Below, piece after piece: positions 28,515 through 41,963 of a stretch of DNA of 64,000 nt (position 1 is the stretch's first letter; the number at the start of each line of letters is the position of its first letter). The notes below the pieces were generated by a model. The model worked only from the letters and a program-made list of their open reading frames with translations. It ran no database searches and was not told where the DNA came from. Source of the stretch: Eledone cirrhosa (lineage: Eukaryota); the NCBI GenBank assembly GCA_964016885.1, contig OZ024743.1, forward strand, positions 292,826,001 to 292,890,000, in the 5' to 3' direction. The position numbers and the translations under genes are program-made.

Positions 28515-29541
28515 ATACATACATACATACATACATACATACATGGTGGCTGCCAACTCGTTTTCGAGTACGACCACTACTTTATATCCATATAGGAGAA
28601 CCCCTACCGATGCGCTGAACAAGTGTGACTTTTTAGTCCAGCCAGCGACTTGAAAACTCTGGTACAAACACTACACTTGTGACAATTATTCACACAAAGT
28701 GCTGGGCCCATGGTACCATGTGATGACAAGTGCAGAGAGATCTCCAGATATAAAGCAATGCCTGTGCCGTGAAACTTTTATAGTGAGCAAAGGCACTGCA
28801 CAAAGCCAGTCCCACTCTCTTAACCAAGATGATATTTACCAAAAAGAAGAACAAGTCAACATCATTGGATACCATCAGGGTTGCAGGTGTTATATCAGAG
28901 TTTTCCTTCTCCTAGAATTCTGCCTTGACAAAGGCTAAGGGGTCATATCTCATACATACATGATGGCTGCAAACTTTGCTAAGACTACTGTAATTGCTTG
29001 GAGGATTATAAAGTTTGGTGCACTTTTAGGCTACGGCCAGTCACACAAACCTGTAACATATTCTGAACAAACAATGCCTGTGCTTTGAATGTTTTTTTTA
29101 AGTGGAGAAAGGACTTGCACTCGACCAATCCCACACTCTGAGCATCGAAAAGAAGAACTGGTCAACATCATCGGATGCTTCCGAAGCCTCAGGTTTTTTT
29201 TTGGTTTTTTTTTCATAGTTTCCCTCTGATAAAAAAGTGTTGTGACAACAACTGGGGCCTTTCACTCCCAAGTGAAAAAAGAAAAGTACTATTTGGATGG
29301 CCTTTGACTCTGCTGAGTACCTCCACCCTTTGTCGGGTCTTGTATTTCATCCTGCAGGGTGTCCAATTCTCACCCTGCTCACCAAGGAAGCTTGGTGGGG
29401 TTGCCGGTTTAGTCGCCGACGACCCGACCATGAGACAGGTTGTACTGGGTTACATGTTACCAGTAGCACTCGAGAGCAACCCAACATACATACATACATA
29501 CATACATACATACATACATACATACATACATACATACATAC
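28515..29541 (-). mobile_element. Two related diverged repeat units bounded by (CATA)n
   Basis: catacatacatg(g/a)tggctgc at ~28532 and 28951; aaagaagaac..gtcaacatcat.ggat at 28843 and 29149; (CATA)n at both ends. Class uncertain. Confidence 0.45.
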
Positions 29542-30569
29542 ACTATCGCTCACTAAAAATTATAATCTACATATGCAACATTGATAAAATGCAAAACATT
29601 CTTGAAATTCATTATGTATCTTTTCAATATTGTAGTTTTCTAAATTCTAACTATTATGCCTTCTTTCTTTGTTATAAATCAGTCGAAAGAATTCTAACAA
29701 ATAACAGTCCAAACACATACTACAATATCAAAATAAATGCAGGCACACTATCATCCTAACAACGAAAATTGAGTTGACTATCTGGGTACGTTTCATCCGT
29801 ATATAACCACGAGGGGAAAAGTGATAACCTTTTAGCTAATCTCATTTATAGGCTAATTAATCCTGTAAATAATTAATTCGGTAAAATTGTTAAATGTATT
29901 TCAGATTTGATAAATTTCAAATTATACAAGCTAGAGCTTTAGTTTCATGGAATAACCACACGTCGGTAATTGAGTAGTTTCATAGCACCGACGCCAACAT
30001 TGATAGCAAATTCATCCAATTTGATATAATGGCGTTTTAATACTCCACAACAAAACATTTACTACTAAAACGTTAGTGTTTGGTATTTTATTCTCTGTTT
30101 TTTTGTGATACTAATATTAATCTTATAATGAATACTCGAAAGTCAGTGGTTTCGGGTAAACTGCAACGGCGGCGCAATTTTCCATGTGGCAATGCGAAGT
30201 TACAGAATAGCAGATGTAAAATAATATTAATTTATATATTAGACTAGCTTCAAAAAAGTTTCACATATTGAGCTAAACTAGATATGAGGGTCCTAACAAT
30301 ACCATGCCTCTATAGTGGTTCTAAAGTCTTGGCAGAATCTCCTTTTCTGATTTTGGCAATGCATGTTTGCGAGTGTCCAGTTATAATTGTCTTCGGGTAA
30401 GTGCATAAGTTCCTTTGTGGTCCCGAATTCCGTTCTGTAGGCACATTACCAATTTCAATTCTCGAATTTTTTGTGAACTATCTCTGCACAGAAAACACCC
30501 ATAAGTTCCTTCCTGTTCTGTCCACAAGAGTATCAGTTACAAAGCTTGGCTAGATATGGTTCCGCCACT

Positions 30570-30870
30570 GGTGAACACATTACTGTCCTTTCTCATTAAA
30601 TTCTGCAAGTCCAATGCTGTGCAGGGGCGTTTAAACAGGGGGTATATCAGGAGGTGCTGCGTAGTCTGTAGTTTGATGCCGCAGTCACACACAAGGTCCC
30701 CATCCTTTAAATAACCCTATTTTGCTAGAATATCCCTATTGTGCACGTCCAACACCAGATTATAGTCTTTTTAGGCATTTCCTCTCTGCATAGTTTGTAT
30801 CTGTTCCAGGGAGCAGTTCTCGCTCGCCTTTAGATCCATTTTTGTTACTGATGGGAGGTTGTTAACCCAT
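30570..30870 (-). mobile_element. LINE C-terminal zinc-knuckle remnant (Ingi/Vingi-like)
   Basis: Translation RL*SGVGR...CDCGIKLQTTQHLLIYP...PCTALDL. Confidence 0.55.
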
Positions 30871-31192
30871 AAGTAATAAATATCGATATCTAAAGATGGA
30901 CTGCTTAATATATATAAAACTATTGAATTTATTAGAAATGTGATGTTGTTGCAGTTTCACTATGGTGAAATATCCGAGCATCTCTTACATCTCTTATCTG
31001 AGCTTGATTACAGTTCATCCTGCTTAAACCTTTAACGATTTATACAAGCCCCAACAAGTACCTCTTTAAAATCATTTATCATAGTATCATAACTTATATA
31101 TTTCCATTATTTTCATTTTTCTATATTGTGTAAAAGGGTCTTTGTGGATATATAGATATTACAGCAATACAACGGGAGAAAACATATTAGTA

Positions 31193-31232
31193 TCACTGAT
31201 GATGTCACAGGTGTGTGACGAAAGAACTCTGA
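31193..31232 (+). ncRNA. Minimal HHR in a family-B-like pLTR (31165-31445, interrupted by (TA)n)
   Basis: tca CTGATGA t GTCAC aggtgt GTGAC GAAAG aa CTC tga; downstream atgactgtccccaaatat (MTVPKY). Confidence 0.75.
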
Positions 31233-31234
31233 GA

Positions 31235-31294
<60 letters not shown>

Positions 31295-31563
31295 CTGTTG
31301 GTCAATCAATGCTAAACAATGATTGCTAGCTAAATTAATTATAGAGATATAAAATGATGTACTTAAAAGAAAACCAACCCAACCAAACTGGGAGTGTGTG
31401 TTATATATTTCTGACAAAATGATATGACTGTCCCCAAATATAAATATATATATATACATTTAAAAAGTATTAATATATTTCTATATTGTACTATGTCGGT
31501 TGGTTTGTCTCTGTTTGCCTTTTGCATATATATATACATATATATATATATAATAATAATAAT

Positions 31564-31627
<64 letters not shown>

Positions 31628-32709
31628 GGGAAGAAGACGCACGAGGTGGCGGAGGTCATGAAATCGCTCCCGTAAGTTTTGAATTTTTAACATATTTAAA
31701 TCATTTGTGAAATAACAACTCTTAGTACAAATGCTACGTAAAGCACCCGGCTTGAGCCCCAAAAAAATTCGGACCCAAAATATATTGTTATAAGGCTCAA
31801 ATATTTAAATATTCAACTTTGTATTGTACACTGTATATCCAAAAAAGAAAATGGCTATAAATGGAAGAAGAACGCCCCCCCCCCCACACACCTCCTCTCC
31901 TCTGTCTACACTATATAGAACAGCCAAACTCACCAACACCAGAAGCTAGATACACCACCCACCTCATCACCTGTGTACACTAAACACAACAGCCAGATAA
32001 CGGCAATTTCACCACCACCGCTCACTACTGCCATCATTACCACCACTATCCCATCACCGCCGCCACCACTCCTTCACTCCTTCACTGCTACCACCGCTAC
32101 AACACCATCACTACAGTAATACTATCACATCACCACCACCACTGCCTCGGTATCGACATCACCACCACCACTGTCTCAGTATCGCTGCCGCCGCCAGTCA
32201 TCTACTTTTCCCAGCTGGTTGCTGCCACCACATTATAGAATTCCTACTACTAAAAAAGAGGAAGGCATCAAAATATATAGATAGACTCAAAAGAAAAAAG
32301 GAAAAACAAACAACAAAACCAAAGCAGCACAGCAACAACAGCAAAAAACGAGAAAAACAAACAGAGAAAAACAAAAACAAAAAAAAACATAAAACGTAAA
32401 GAAAATAAGAATGAAGAGAGAAGCAGGCGGACGGACAGAGAAGAGAGGGGAAAAACTAAAACTAAAAAAACAAAAACTAAGTCAGACATTCGAACACTAC
32501 ATTACAATGAAACTTATGCTTGTTCATTTTTGGGGCCCTTTCTGCCTGTGTGTTTGTTTGTTTATGTGTGTTCGTATACAGCGTGGTGATAATGCCACAC
32601 AAGGGCCAAGTGGAACGGCGAATCCACAGATGGCTATGTAACCATACATTCGCCAATCCTCGATAAGAGTGTTTAAATATCGAACATAAACAGTTCGAAT
32701 AACGGTGAA

Positions 32710-35700
32710 ATGGAGACTAGAACGTCATGTGACAGACTCTCACCCAACAGGTGCCCCCTGGCTCAGCAGCAAGAACCTGACTGTCAACCAAATACTGCTG
32801 ATGTTGGAGGAAGAAGAAGAAGGAAAGGGGCCAGAACCAACTGGACGAAAGAATTGAATAGAACTGTTATGCAATGTTACCTGAAAAGTAACCCCAAGGA
32901 GAGGGGCTACAGGAGACGGACGCATAACATCTGGAACGAGATTGGTCTATTTAAATTAGATGAACAAAAATTGGCCGGGCAGGCTCGGGTAATAAGAACT
33001 AATGGGTGGATAAGCGAGCTGGAACTGGAGGAACTGAGCAGAGAGAATGGCTTGGAGATGGCGGGTGTAGTATGCCAGACAAGCGAGCCAGTGGGAAATG
33101 AAGGTGAAGAGGTCCTGAGAACGGAGGAACCACCCGAAGCAGACAATGATCTGAATACTGAGATAAAGAATACCTGGAACAGAGATACGGCCACTGAGGA
33201 GATGAATGCTGACGGGCTAGGACAAGATTCGGTTGACATCCTAAATTTAGTGGTAGAGGAATTGAACAATGATAGTGGGAGACCTATGAACCTAAGATTT
33301 GTAGACAGGAAAAAGTTAAAAGAAACAACAGCTAAGGTAAACAAAGTCATCCCATACCTTGAGGCGAGGAGCCTTCACCAGTGCAACAATATCCTCAAAG
33401 CAAGAGCAAATACGGTGAGGAAACTACTTGGTATAAAAGCGAGAGGAAACAACAGACAAGAAAGAGCAGAGCCGTGGTGGAAGAAACGACTGAGTGGTCA
33501 AATCGGGGAAATGAGAAATGACATAGGAAAGCTTGAGTCACTACTGAATGGGACACTAAAAAACATAGGCACTAAAAATAGACTGGAAATAAAGTACAAA
33601 ACTAGGAGGAAAAAGCTAAATATTATCATAGAGGAACTGAAGCAACGCATTGTAGCAAAGAGTGCAAAAATCAGGCGATACGAGAACAGAGTCAGTCAGT
33701 ATAAACAGAACCGCATGTTCGACAACAACCAGAAGATGCTGTTTGGACAGCTTGAGGGGAAAGAAAGAGGCAATGACTTGATCCCTGGGGCGGAGCAAAC
33801 TAAAACATTCTGGAGAGGAATATGGGAGCAGGATGTTAGACATAATGTCCAGGCAGGGTGGATTGAGACAGTACAAAGGGAGATCGGTGATCAGGCACAC
33901 CAACAAACTGATTTGAGTATCACAGTTAAAACTCTTAAGGGGCAGGCCAAAAAACTAACCAACTGGAAATCACCAGGCCCAGATGGTGTGCAGGGGTATT
34001 GGATTAAAAATTTAACATCCCTCCACCCGAAGCTGACGGCCATGTTCAATGACTGCTTGGTGTCGGGTGAGGTGCCAGAGTGGTTGACAAAAGGTACCAC
34101 AGTTGTGATAATGAAAGACCGAATAAAGGTTAATTATGTTACCAACTATAGACCTATCACATGTCTGTCCGTAATGTGAAAACTGTTGACGAGCATTGTG
34201 TCTGAGGAAATCTACCATCACCTCCACACAAACAACTTGTTACCGGACGAACAGAAAGGATGCCGAAAGAAGTCACGTGGTACAAAGGACCAGTTACTTA
34301 TTGATAAGATGGTAATGGGGAATTGCAGGAGGAGACACACTGATCTTGCCATGGGATGGATAGACTACAGAAAGGCATTTGACATGGTGCCTCATTCTTG
34401 GATCACCAAAAGCCTGGAGATCTTCAGGGTGGCAGATAACATCAGACAGTTGCTGGGCAGGAGTATGGGGTCCTGGGAGACAGAGTTGACATCAACTGGA
34501 TTATCCTTGGGAAGCGTGAAGATCAAAAGAGGTATCTTCCAGGGAGATAGCCTGTCCCCTCTGTTGTTTGTCCTTGCCCTGATGCCCTTGACCATTATGC
34601 TGCGAAAAGTGAGAGCAGGATACAAGTTGGGAAAGGGAGAGCTTACCATCAATCACCTCCTCTTCATGGACGATCTTAAGCTCTTCGGGAAAAGTGAGAA
34701 GGAGTTGGATGTGCTTGTTGACACTGTCCGTATCTTCAGCAGTGATATATGTATGCAGTTTGGTATTAGTAAATGTGGAGTCATTGTGATGAGGAGGGGT
34801 AGGTTGAGAAGAAGTAACGGGATCCAGATACCAACAGGTGAGATGATAAATGAAATTGACTCTGAGGAAGGATACAAGTATTTGGGCGTTCTGGAGGCTG
34901 ATGGCATAAAGAACAAAAACATGAAGGAATTGTTAAGAACTGAATACATTAGGAGAGTAAGGAGCGTATTGAAGTCACATCTGAACAGCAGAAATGCCAT
35001 GAGCGCAGTAAATTCCCGAGCTGTGTCTATTATTAGGTACAGTGCGGGAATTCTGAGATGGAATGTTGCTGAACAAAAAGAAATTGATAGGAAGACTAGG
35101 AAGCTATTGACTATCTACAACATGTTCCACAAGAGGAGTGATGTCGATAGACTCTACCTAAGGAGATATGAGGGTGGAAGAGGTCTTATCAGCATAGAGG
35201 ACTGTGTTCAGATGGAGAAAAACAACCTATACAAATACGTGACCTATAGTAAGGAGCCAATGCTCAGAACTGTACTGAAGGAGGGGACAGTAGGCCAGGG
35301 GATGTCCAAGGAGGAAATAACATCAAGGAGGAAGAGCAGCCTTCAGGAAAATCCCTTCATAGTACCTTCTTTGAGAAAACTGAATTTAGAGATCCACAGA
35401 CATGCAACTGGTTGAGAAGAGGAGACCTCAAAAAGGCTACAGAAGGAATGCTAATGGCTGCGCAGGAGCAGGCCCTCAAAACGAAGTGGTTTTAGCACCA
35501 TATTTACAAGGAGGAGACTAGCCCACTGTGCAGGATCTGTGGAGAGAGAGAGGAGACTGTGGCTCACATTGTGTCCGAGTGTAAACACCTAGCCCAGACC
35601 CACTATAAGGGCTGGAGACACGATGTGATGGGCAGGGTGATCCACTGGCACCTGTGCAAAGTAAACAATTTACCACATTCTGAGAAATGGTATGAGCATA

Positions 35701-36101
35701 GGCCAGAGGCGGTGATGGAGAACAATCAGGTGAAGGTGCTGTGGGATTTTAGGATATAGACGGACAAAAAACTGGAACACAATAGACCTGACCTGGTGGT
35801 TGTGGACAAAGAAAAAAGATCGTGTCTGATTGTGGATGTGGCCTGCCCGTTCGACACGAGAGTGCAAGAGAAGGAGAGGGAGAAAATTAACCGATACCAG
35901 GACCTAAAGTGGTAGGTGAAAAGGATTTGGAACTGCCATGAAGTCAAAGTGATCCCGATTGTCATAGGCGCACTGGGGACTATCTCCAAAAGTTTCCAGG
36001 GATGGTTAAAGAAAATCGGCCCCTTCACGCTTTTTGGAACGTTTCAAAAGGCATGCTTGCTTGGAACAGCAAGAACGCTTCGATACGTCCTGAATATCTG
36101 A
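32710..36101 (+). mobile_element. R4/Dong-clade non-LTR retrotransposon (RT + CCHC + restriction-like endonuclease), inactivated
   Basis: [53 protein letters not shown]; CRICG...HIVSEC, RHD, RPDLVV, IVDVACP, EKINRY, PIVIGALG. Stops at 34177, ~35492, 35757, ~35912; frameshift ~35350; (AAT)n after the short 3' UTR. Confidence 0.9.
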
Positions 36102-36184
36102 GGCTGCAGGTAGTGGCTTGATATTCATTCCAACGGACTTTCCAGTTAACCAACATCAATGACTGAGATTCAAGGAATAACAAC

Positions 36185-36218
<34 letters not shown>

Positions 36219-36242
36219 TGTGGAGAGGAAGCACACGAGTTA

Positions 36243-36310
<68 letters not shown>

Positions 36311-36316
<6 letters not shown>

Positions 36317-37496
36317 ACAGGGAGAAAGAGACGATTATTATGAAGAAAAATATTTTTTTTCCTTTTTTATTTATCTCTCTCTTATTTCTGGGTTAGAACG
36401 AAATGTTTTACTTTGTGTGAAGTGTTAAGGTATTAGTTGATTTATTTATTAATTAACAATGGCATTTGTTTATCTATTTATATATTTAAAAATTGTCTAT
36501 TACCGGTTTCAGCATTTTTATGCATTATCAAATGATAGTGATATGTATTAGTGTAGAATAGTGGTGTTGGACATGTTAAAGAAATGGTGCAGAAAGAATA
36601 ATGTTATTTACAAACAAGGTTTATGAAGTGAAAAGAAAAAAGAAGAAAGAAAAAAAAGACGTAATGTAGAGCATAAAACGTCAACGTGAATGAAAAAATA
36701 ATGTTATTTTCAGGCATAGTTCTTGAAGTTAAGCAGATCAAAATGTGTTAATATAGCAAGGCTGCTTAGTTGATCCATGATTCTTTCACATTGAGTTTTT
36801 ATGCTCTACATTACGCCCCTTTTTTCTTTTTTCTTTTTTCTTTTTTCTTTTTTCTTTTTTCTTTTTTCTTTTTTTCTTTTTTACTTTTTTTCTTTTTTCT
36901 TTTTTCTTTTTTCTTTTTTCTTTTTTCTTTTTTCTTTTTTCTTTTTTCTTTTTTCTTTTTTCTTTTTTCTTTTTTCTTTTTTTCTTTTTTCTTTTTTCTT
37001 TTTTCTTTTTTCTTTTTTCTTTTTTCTTTTCTCTTTTTTATTTTTTCTTTATTCTTTTACCTTTTTTCTTTTTTCTTTTTCTTTTTTCTTTTTTTATTTT
37101 TCTTCCTTTCTTTTACTTTTTTCTTTTTTCTTTTTTTCTTTTTTCTTTTTTCTTTTTTCTTTTTTCTTTTTTCTTTTCACTTCATAAACCTTGTTTGTAA
37201 ATAACATTATTCTTTCTGCACCATTTCTTTAACATGTGCGACACCACAATTCTACACTAATACATATCACTATCATTTGATAATGCATAAAAATGCTGAA
37301 ACCGGTAAAATATATAAATAGATACATAAATGCCATTGTTAATTAATAAATAAATCAACTAATACCTTACCACTTCACACAAAGTAAAACATTTCGTTTT
37401 AATCATTTTCTAACCCAGAAAAAAGAGAGAATGAAATAAAAATGTAAAAAATATATTTTCCTTCCTAATAATCTTCTCTTTCTCCCTGTTTTCATA
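36311..37496. mobile_element. Fold-back module (36311-36690 and 36785-37496), HHR-like core in each arm
   Basis: TTGATAA t GCAT aaaa ATGC t GAAAC cg GTA at 37277-37307 (+) and 36501-36531 (-); (TA)n on both sides. Confidence 0.75.
36820..37177. repeat. (TTTTTTC)n pyrimidine array
   Basis: About 360 bp of mostly T6C heptamers. Confidence 0.95.
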
Positions 37497-37514
37497 TATA
37501 TATATATATATATA

Positions 37515-37709
37515 ATCCGGGACGCTAACACAAGAAAAATCCCCTTGAGCAGCCATATTGCGAACTGCGCAGGAATGACACTACCCAACTTTAAAATCTT
37601 CCCCTTCTACAAGTGCTCAGATTCGTTCACACAACAACAAAGAATAAACAAAGAAAATCTATTCCTTAACAAATTTAAACCAAAACTAAACGGGTTATCA
37701 CCCCAATAG
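37515..37709 (+). pseudogene. GIY-YIG C-terminal fragment of a third PLE family
   Basis: IRDANTRKIPLSSHIANCAGMTLPNFKIFPFYKCSDSFTQQQRINKENLFLNKFKPKLNG; followed by a TG/TA-rich UTR and an HHR. Confidence 0.75.
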
Positions 37710-38266
37710 AATTGTCACAAAATATAAACACACATACGCACGGAATCACTACTATTAAAGACCAGAGACCAATTCTGTAGAATCAGGTTTATTCATTGAC
37801 AGACCATGCCTTTGTGTGACCAACACATCCATGTTAAACCCTGCACGTGCACACACGTATATCTATATATATATGTGCACACAGAATTATTTTAATTTCA
37901 CTGCCCCAACTTCTTATATTATGGAAAAAATATATGTGTCTGTATGTATATATATATATATATATTTGAAGGCCATTTCTCTGTGTGTGGGTGTATGTAT
38001 GTGTGTGTGTGTGTGTGTGAGTATGTGTGTGCATGTGGATGTATGTATTGTGTGTGCGTGTGTGTGTGTGTGTGTGTATGTATGTGGGTATCTGGATGTA
38101 TGCGTATGTGTGTATATATATATATATATATGCATGTGTGTGTGTGTGTGTGTGTATATATATGTGTGTGTATGTGTGTATATATATGTGTGTGTGTGTG
38201 TGTGTGTATGTTTGTATGTGTGTATGTATATATATATATGTGTGTGTGTATGTATGTGTGGGGGGG

Positions 38267-38350
<84 letters not shown>

Positions 38351-38381
38351 GTGTATCTGGATGTATGTGTATGTATATATA

Positions 38382-38440
<59 letters not shown>

Positions 38441-38495
38441 ATATATGTGTGTGTGTGTGTGTATGTATATGTATGTGTGTGTGTATGTATGTGTG

Positions 38496-38534
<39 letters not shown>

Positions 38535-38809
38535 GTATGTGTATGTATGTGTGGATGAAGGTATGTGTGTGTATATTGCTTCCACCCCCTCACTGACCAG
38601 CAGCTGGCTATTGCTAAATCTGACCTTTATAAAATAACCCACACCCCAAATAACTTCTCATTCACTACCAGAAAGGGACACAGCAGTCAACCTGTTGTTG
38701 CTACCTAGATGAAAACTGCTATGAAATCCCACAATGAATTTTATACTTGAATTTTCAAGTCTCAAATTTTAACTCTTCGTATTATTAATTTTTCTTAATA
38801 TTAATCAAC

Positions 38810-38851
38810 ATTTGAAAAGATGGCTTTTGCAGACCCATCGAAACCGGTCAT
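38810..38851 (+). ncRNA. Minimal HHR, U3-A8 variant
   Basis: TTGAAAA GATGG..CCATC GAAAC cg GTC; ACCGGT palindrome; stem I decayed. Confidence 0.65.
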
Positions 38852-39020
38852 TTTTTATACCCTTTATTATTTCCTTACCTTATAAAATTATGTTTTTTCA
38901 CAAAAAAGTATTCTGTCTCTTATATATTCCATGTGCCATAACCAACCTCAATTTTCTCTATAACCTTCGTTTTGTGTAGAAAATTACACTTTTCATATAT
39001 ATATATATATATATATATAT

Positions 39021-40090
39021 GAATATAGACATAGAATATTCGAAAATATTCTGTATGTTTATAATAAACATTTTGAAGACCTAATCGCTATAGAATAGAA
39101 TACGTCACGTATTACAATTATATTCTCGATAAAAGCAAGAGAAGTAATCTACGCGTTTCATTCTTGTTAGAAATCATCAGGACCACATATCCAGTGCTTT
39201 TATCGAGAATGACACAGCTAGAGACTTATAGAATACTTAGCTGTGTACAGGAACTGGTTTGAAAGAGCGGTTGCCGGTCCGGCAGAAATTAGAAATTGGA
39301 ATAAATGCTCTGAAATAGCGATATATATGTGAATATAGACATAGAATATTCGAAAATATTCTGTATGTTTATAATAAACATTTTGAAGACCTAATCGCTA
39401 TAGAATAGAATACGTCACGTATTACAATTATATTCTCGATAAAAGCAAGGGAAGTAATCTACGCGTTTCATTCTTGTTAGAAATCATCAGGACCACATAT
39501 CCAGTGCTTTTATCGAGAATGACACAGCTAGAGACTTATAAGTCTCTAGCTGTGTCATTCTCGATAAAAGCACTGGATATGTGGTCCTGATGATTTCTAA
39601 CAAGAATGAAACGCGTAGATTACTTCCCTTGCTTTTATCGAGAATATAATTGTAATACGTGACGTATTCTATTCTATAGCGATTAGGTCTTCAAAATGTT
39701 TATTATAAACATACAGAATATTTTCGAATATTCTATGTCTATATTCACATATATATCGCTATTTCAGAGCATTTATTCCAATTTCTAATTTCTGCCGGAC
39801 CGGCAACCGCTCTTTCAAACCAGTTCCTGTACACAGCTAAGTATTCTATAAGTCTCTAGCTGTGTCATTCTCGATAAAAGCACTGGATATGTGGTCCTGA
39901 TGATTTCTAACAAGAATGAAACGCGTAGATTACTTCCCTTGCTTTTATCGAGAATATAATTGTAATACGTGACGTATTCTATTCTATAGCGATTAGGTCT
40001 TCAAAATGTTTATTATAAACATACAGAATATTTTCGAATATTCTATGTCTATATTCACATATATATCGCTATTTCAGAGCATTTATTCCA

Positions 40091-40094
<4 letters not shown>
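39021..40094. mobile_element. Palindromic array of a 310-bp HHR-containing unit (retrozyme-like)
   Basis: Period 310 bp; axis at 39538/39539 (gacttataagtc); (TA)n on both sides. Confidence 0.9.
39581..39623 (+). ncRNA. Minimal HHR (also 39891-39933 +; 39144-39186 and 39454-39496 -)
   Basis: gtggtc CTGATGA t TTCT aaca AGAA t GAAAC gc GTA gattac, enclosed by a perfect 16-bp stem attctcgataaaagca/tgcttttatcgagaat. Confidence 0.85.
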
Positions 40095-40160
<66 letters not shown>

Positions 40161-40165
<5 letters not shown>

Positions 40166-41679
40166 TTAGTTAAGCAAAACAAGGCCACAAATTTCATAAG
40201 GAAGACATTATTAAAAGATTGTCAGCATATTTTAGTTTGATGTAAGGAATGTAGAGAATAATAATAATAATATTAATAATAATAATGTCCGTTTACAATT
40301 CTTTCGCTACTCCATATAATATTTCTGGATCAGATGACTATATATCATTATTGATCTGGTTCAGTTGAAAATAATTAACATATTTAAAAACAGAGCGGCT
40401 CATCGGAACTTCAAACGAATATAAATTAAAATAAGGAGAGAATGTTACATAATGTAGTCTTCCATATATTGGTGTTTCACTATGGTGTCCTGGTTGTATC
40501 AGTTGTCAGCCATAATCAAGCAGTATTCATCTGTCGAGGCTGCATTGTGTGAGATCTGCCTATGGGTAACAAGATGGCCACCAAAGGACATATTTACCTT
40601 ACTAATTAGAGGGTGGTTTCAGGGGAAGTAACTCCTAAAGAGATTAGAAATTGTGGGTTGTTTATAGTTAAGTGCTAATTTTTTAATTTTTTTTAATTGA
40701 GAGACAATGTAGCTAGGGCTCAACCCTTCGATTGACGAAGAAAATCTTGTGATCTCTGTATTACCGAAGAATATTACATAACTTTATCACGACCTCTACC
40801 GATTAACGATAGAATGGAGGTAACTATTAGCTTTCAACATCGAAGGGCTAATTCCTTCGCCAATAGAATATTTGACCCAACATAGTCATCTAGCCCCATT
40901 TTCACTTGTAGCTAATAAGTTAAATAGCTATAACTAACTTAGATAATTATAAGTCTCCTCCCCTATATTGTCTCTCAATTTAAAAAAAAATTTAAATTAG
41001 CACTTAACTATAAACTACCCACAATTTCTAATCTCTTTAGGAGTTAATTCCCCTGAAACCACCCTCTAATTAGTAAGGTAAATATGTCCTTTGGTGGCCA
41101 TCTTGTTACCCATAGGCAGATCTCACACAATGCAGCCTCGACAGATGAATACTGCTTGATTATGGCTGACAACTGATACAACCAGGACACCATAGTGAAA
41201 CACCAATATATGGAAGACTACATTATGTAACATTCTCTCCTTATATTAATTTATATTCCTTTGAAGTTCCGATGAGCCGCTCTGTTTTTAAATATGTTAA
41301 TTATTTTCAACTGAACCAGATCAATAATGATATATAGTCATCTGATCCAGAAATATTATATGGAGTAGCGAAAGAATTGTAAACGGACATTATTATTATT
41401 AATATTATTATTATTATTCTCTACATTCCTTACATCAAACTAAAATATGCTGACAATCTTTTAATAATGTCTTCCTTGTGAAATTTGTGGCCTTGTTTTG
41501 CTTAACTAATGAATATTTCCAGCTCTGCGGTCCTAACTTCTGCATGAGCCCAGCCACCTAGCTGCTTTCTACTGCATATTGCACGTTGAGCACATGCCTT
41601 TACGCTTTGCCTTCTAACTAATTCACCAATCTCTCCTCTCCTATCGCCATCTCTCTCTTTAAGATTTGTTACTATTGAA

Positions 41680-41684
<5 letters not shown>
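40161..41684 (+). mobile_element. Fold-back module (arms 40161-40708 and 40967-41514) with unique tail; HHR-like motif at 41266-41384 (+) and 40291-40409 (-)
   Basis: ~550-bp near-identical inverted arms; gtt CCGATGA gccgctct...ggagtagc GAAAG aatt GTA aac. Confidence 0.75.
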
Positions 41685-41777
<93 letters not shown>

Positions 41778-41963
41778 CTGTTTCTACTTTAGGCACAAGG
41801 CCAGCAATTACCCAGTGCATTACTGGTACTTTATTTTATCGACCCCGTAAGGATGAAAGGCAAAGTCAACCTCGGCGGGATTTGAACTAAGATCGTAAAG
41901 GGACGTAACTATGCTGGAAAGCATGGCGTCCGACCCTCTACCGATATTGCCAATCCACCACCC
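41778..41963 (-). mobile_element. tRNA-derived SINE with Deu/Nin-like core
   Basis: Minus strand: gttcaaatcccgccgaggttgactttgcctttcatccttacggggtcgataaaataaagtaccag. Confidence 0.8.

Noticed and set aside
32580-32670. Possible HDV-like ribozyme in the R4/Dong 5' UTR (ggcgaat/attcgcc stem)
   Set aside because: A hairpin is present, but I could not place P2, P3/L3, P1.1 or the catalytic C.
36770-37204. Phe-rich 'membrane protein' ORFs
   Set aside because: Translation of the (TTTTTTC)n array.
37816-38642. Long ORFs of YI/CV/HT repeats (also 1454, 2525, 21143, 52328 and many others)
   Set aside because: Stop-free translations of (TA)n, (TG)n and (CA)n microsatellites; not genes.
39021-40094. 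CRISPR-like or other prokaryotic repeat array
   Set aside because: Whole units repeat with no unique spacers, there are no cas genes, and the context is eukaryotic.
41778-41963. tRNA gene (B-box GTTCAAATCC)
   Set aside because: No cloverleaf; it is the head of a multi-copy SINE.
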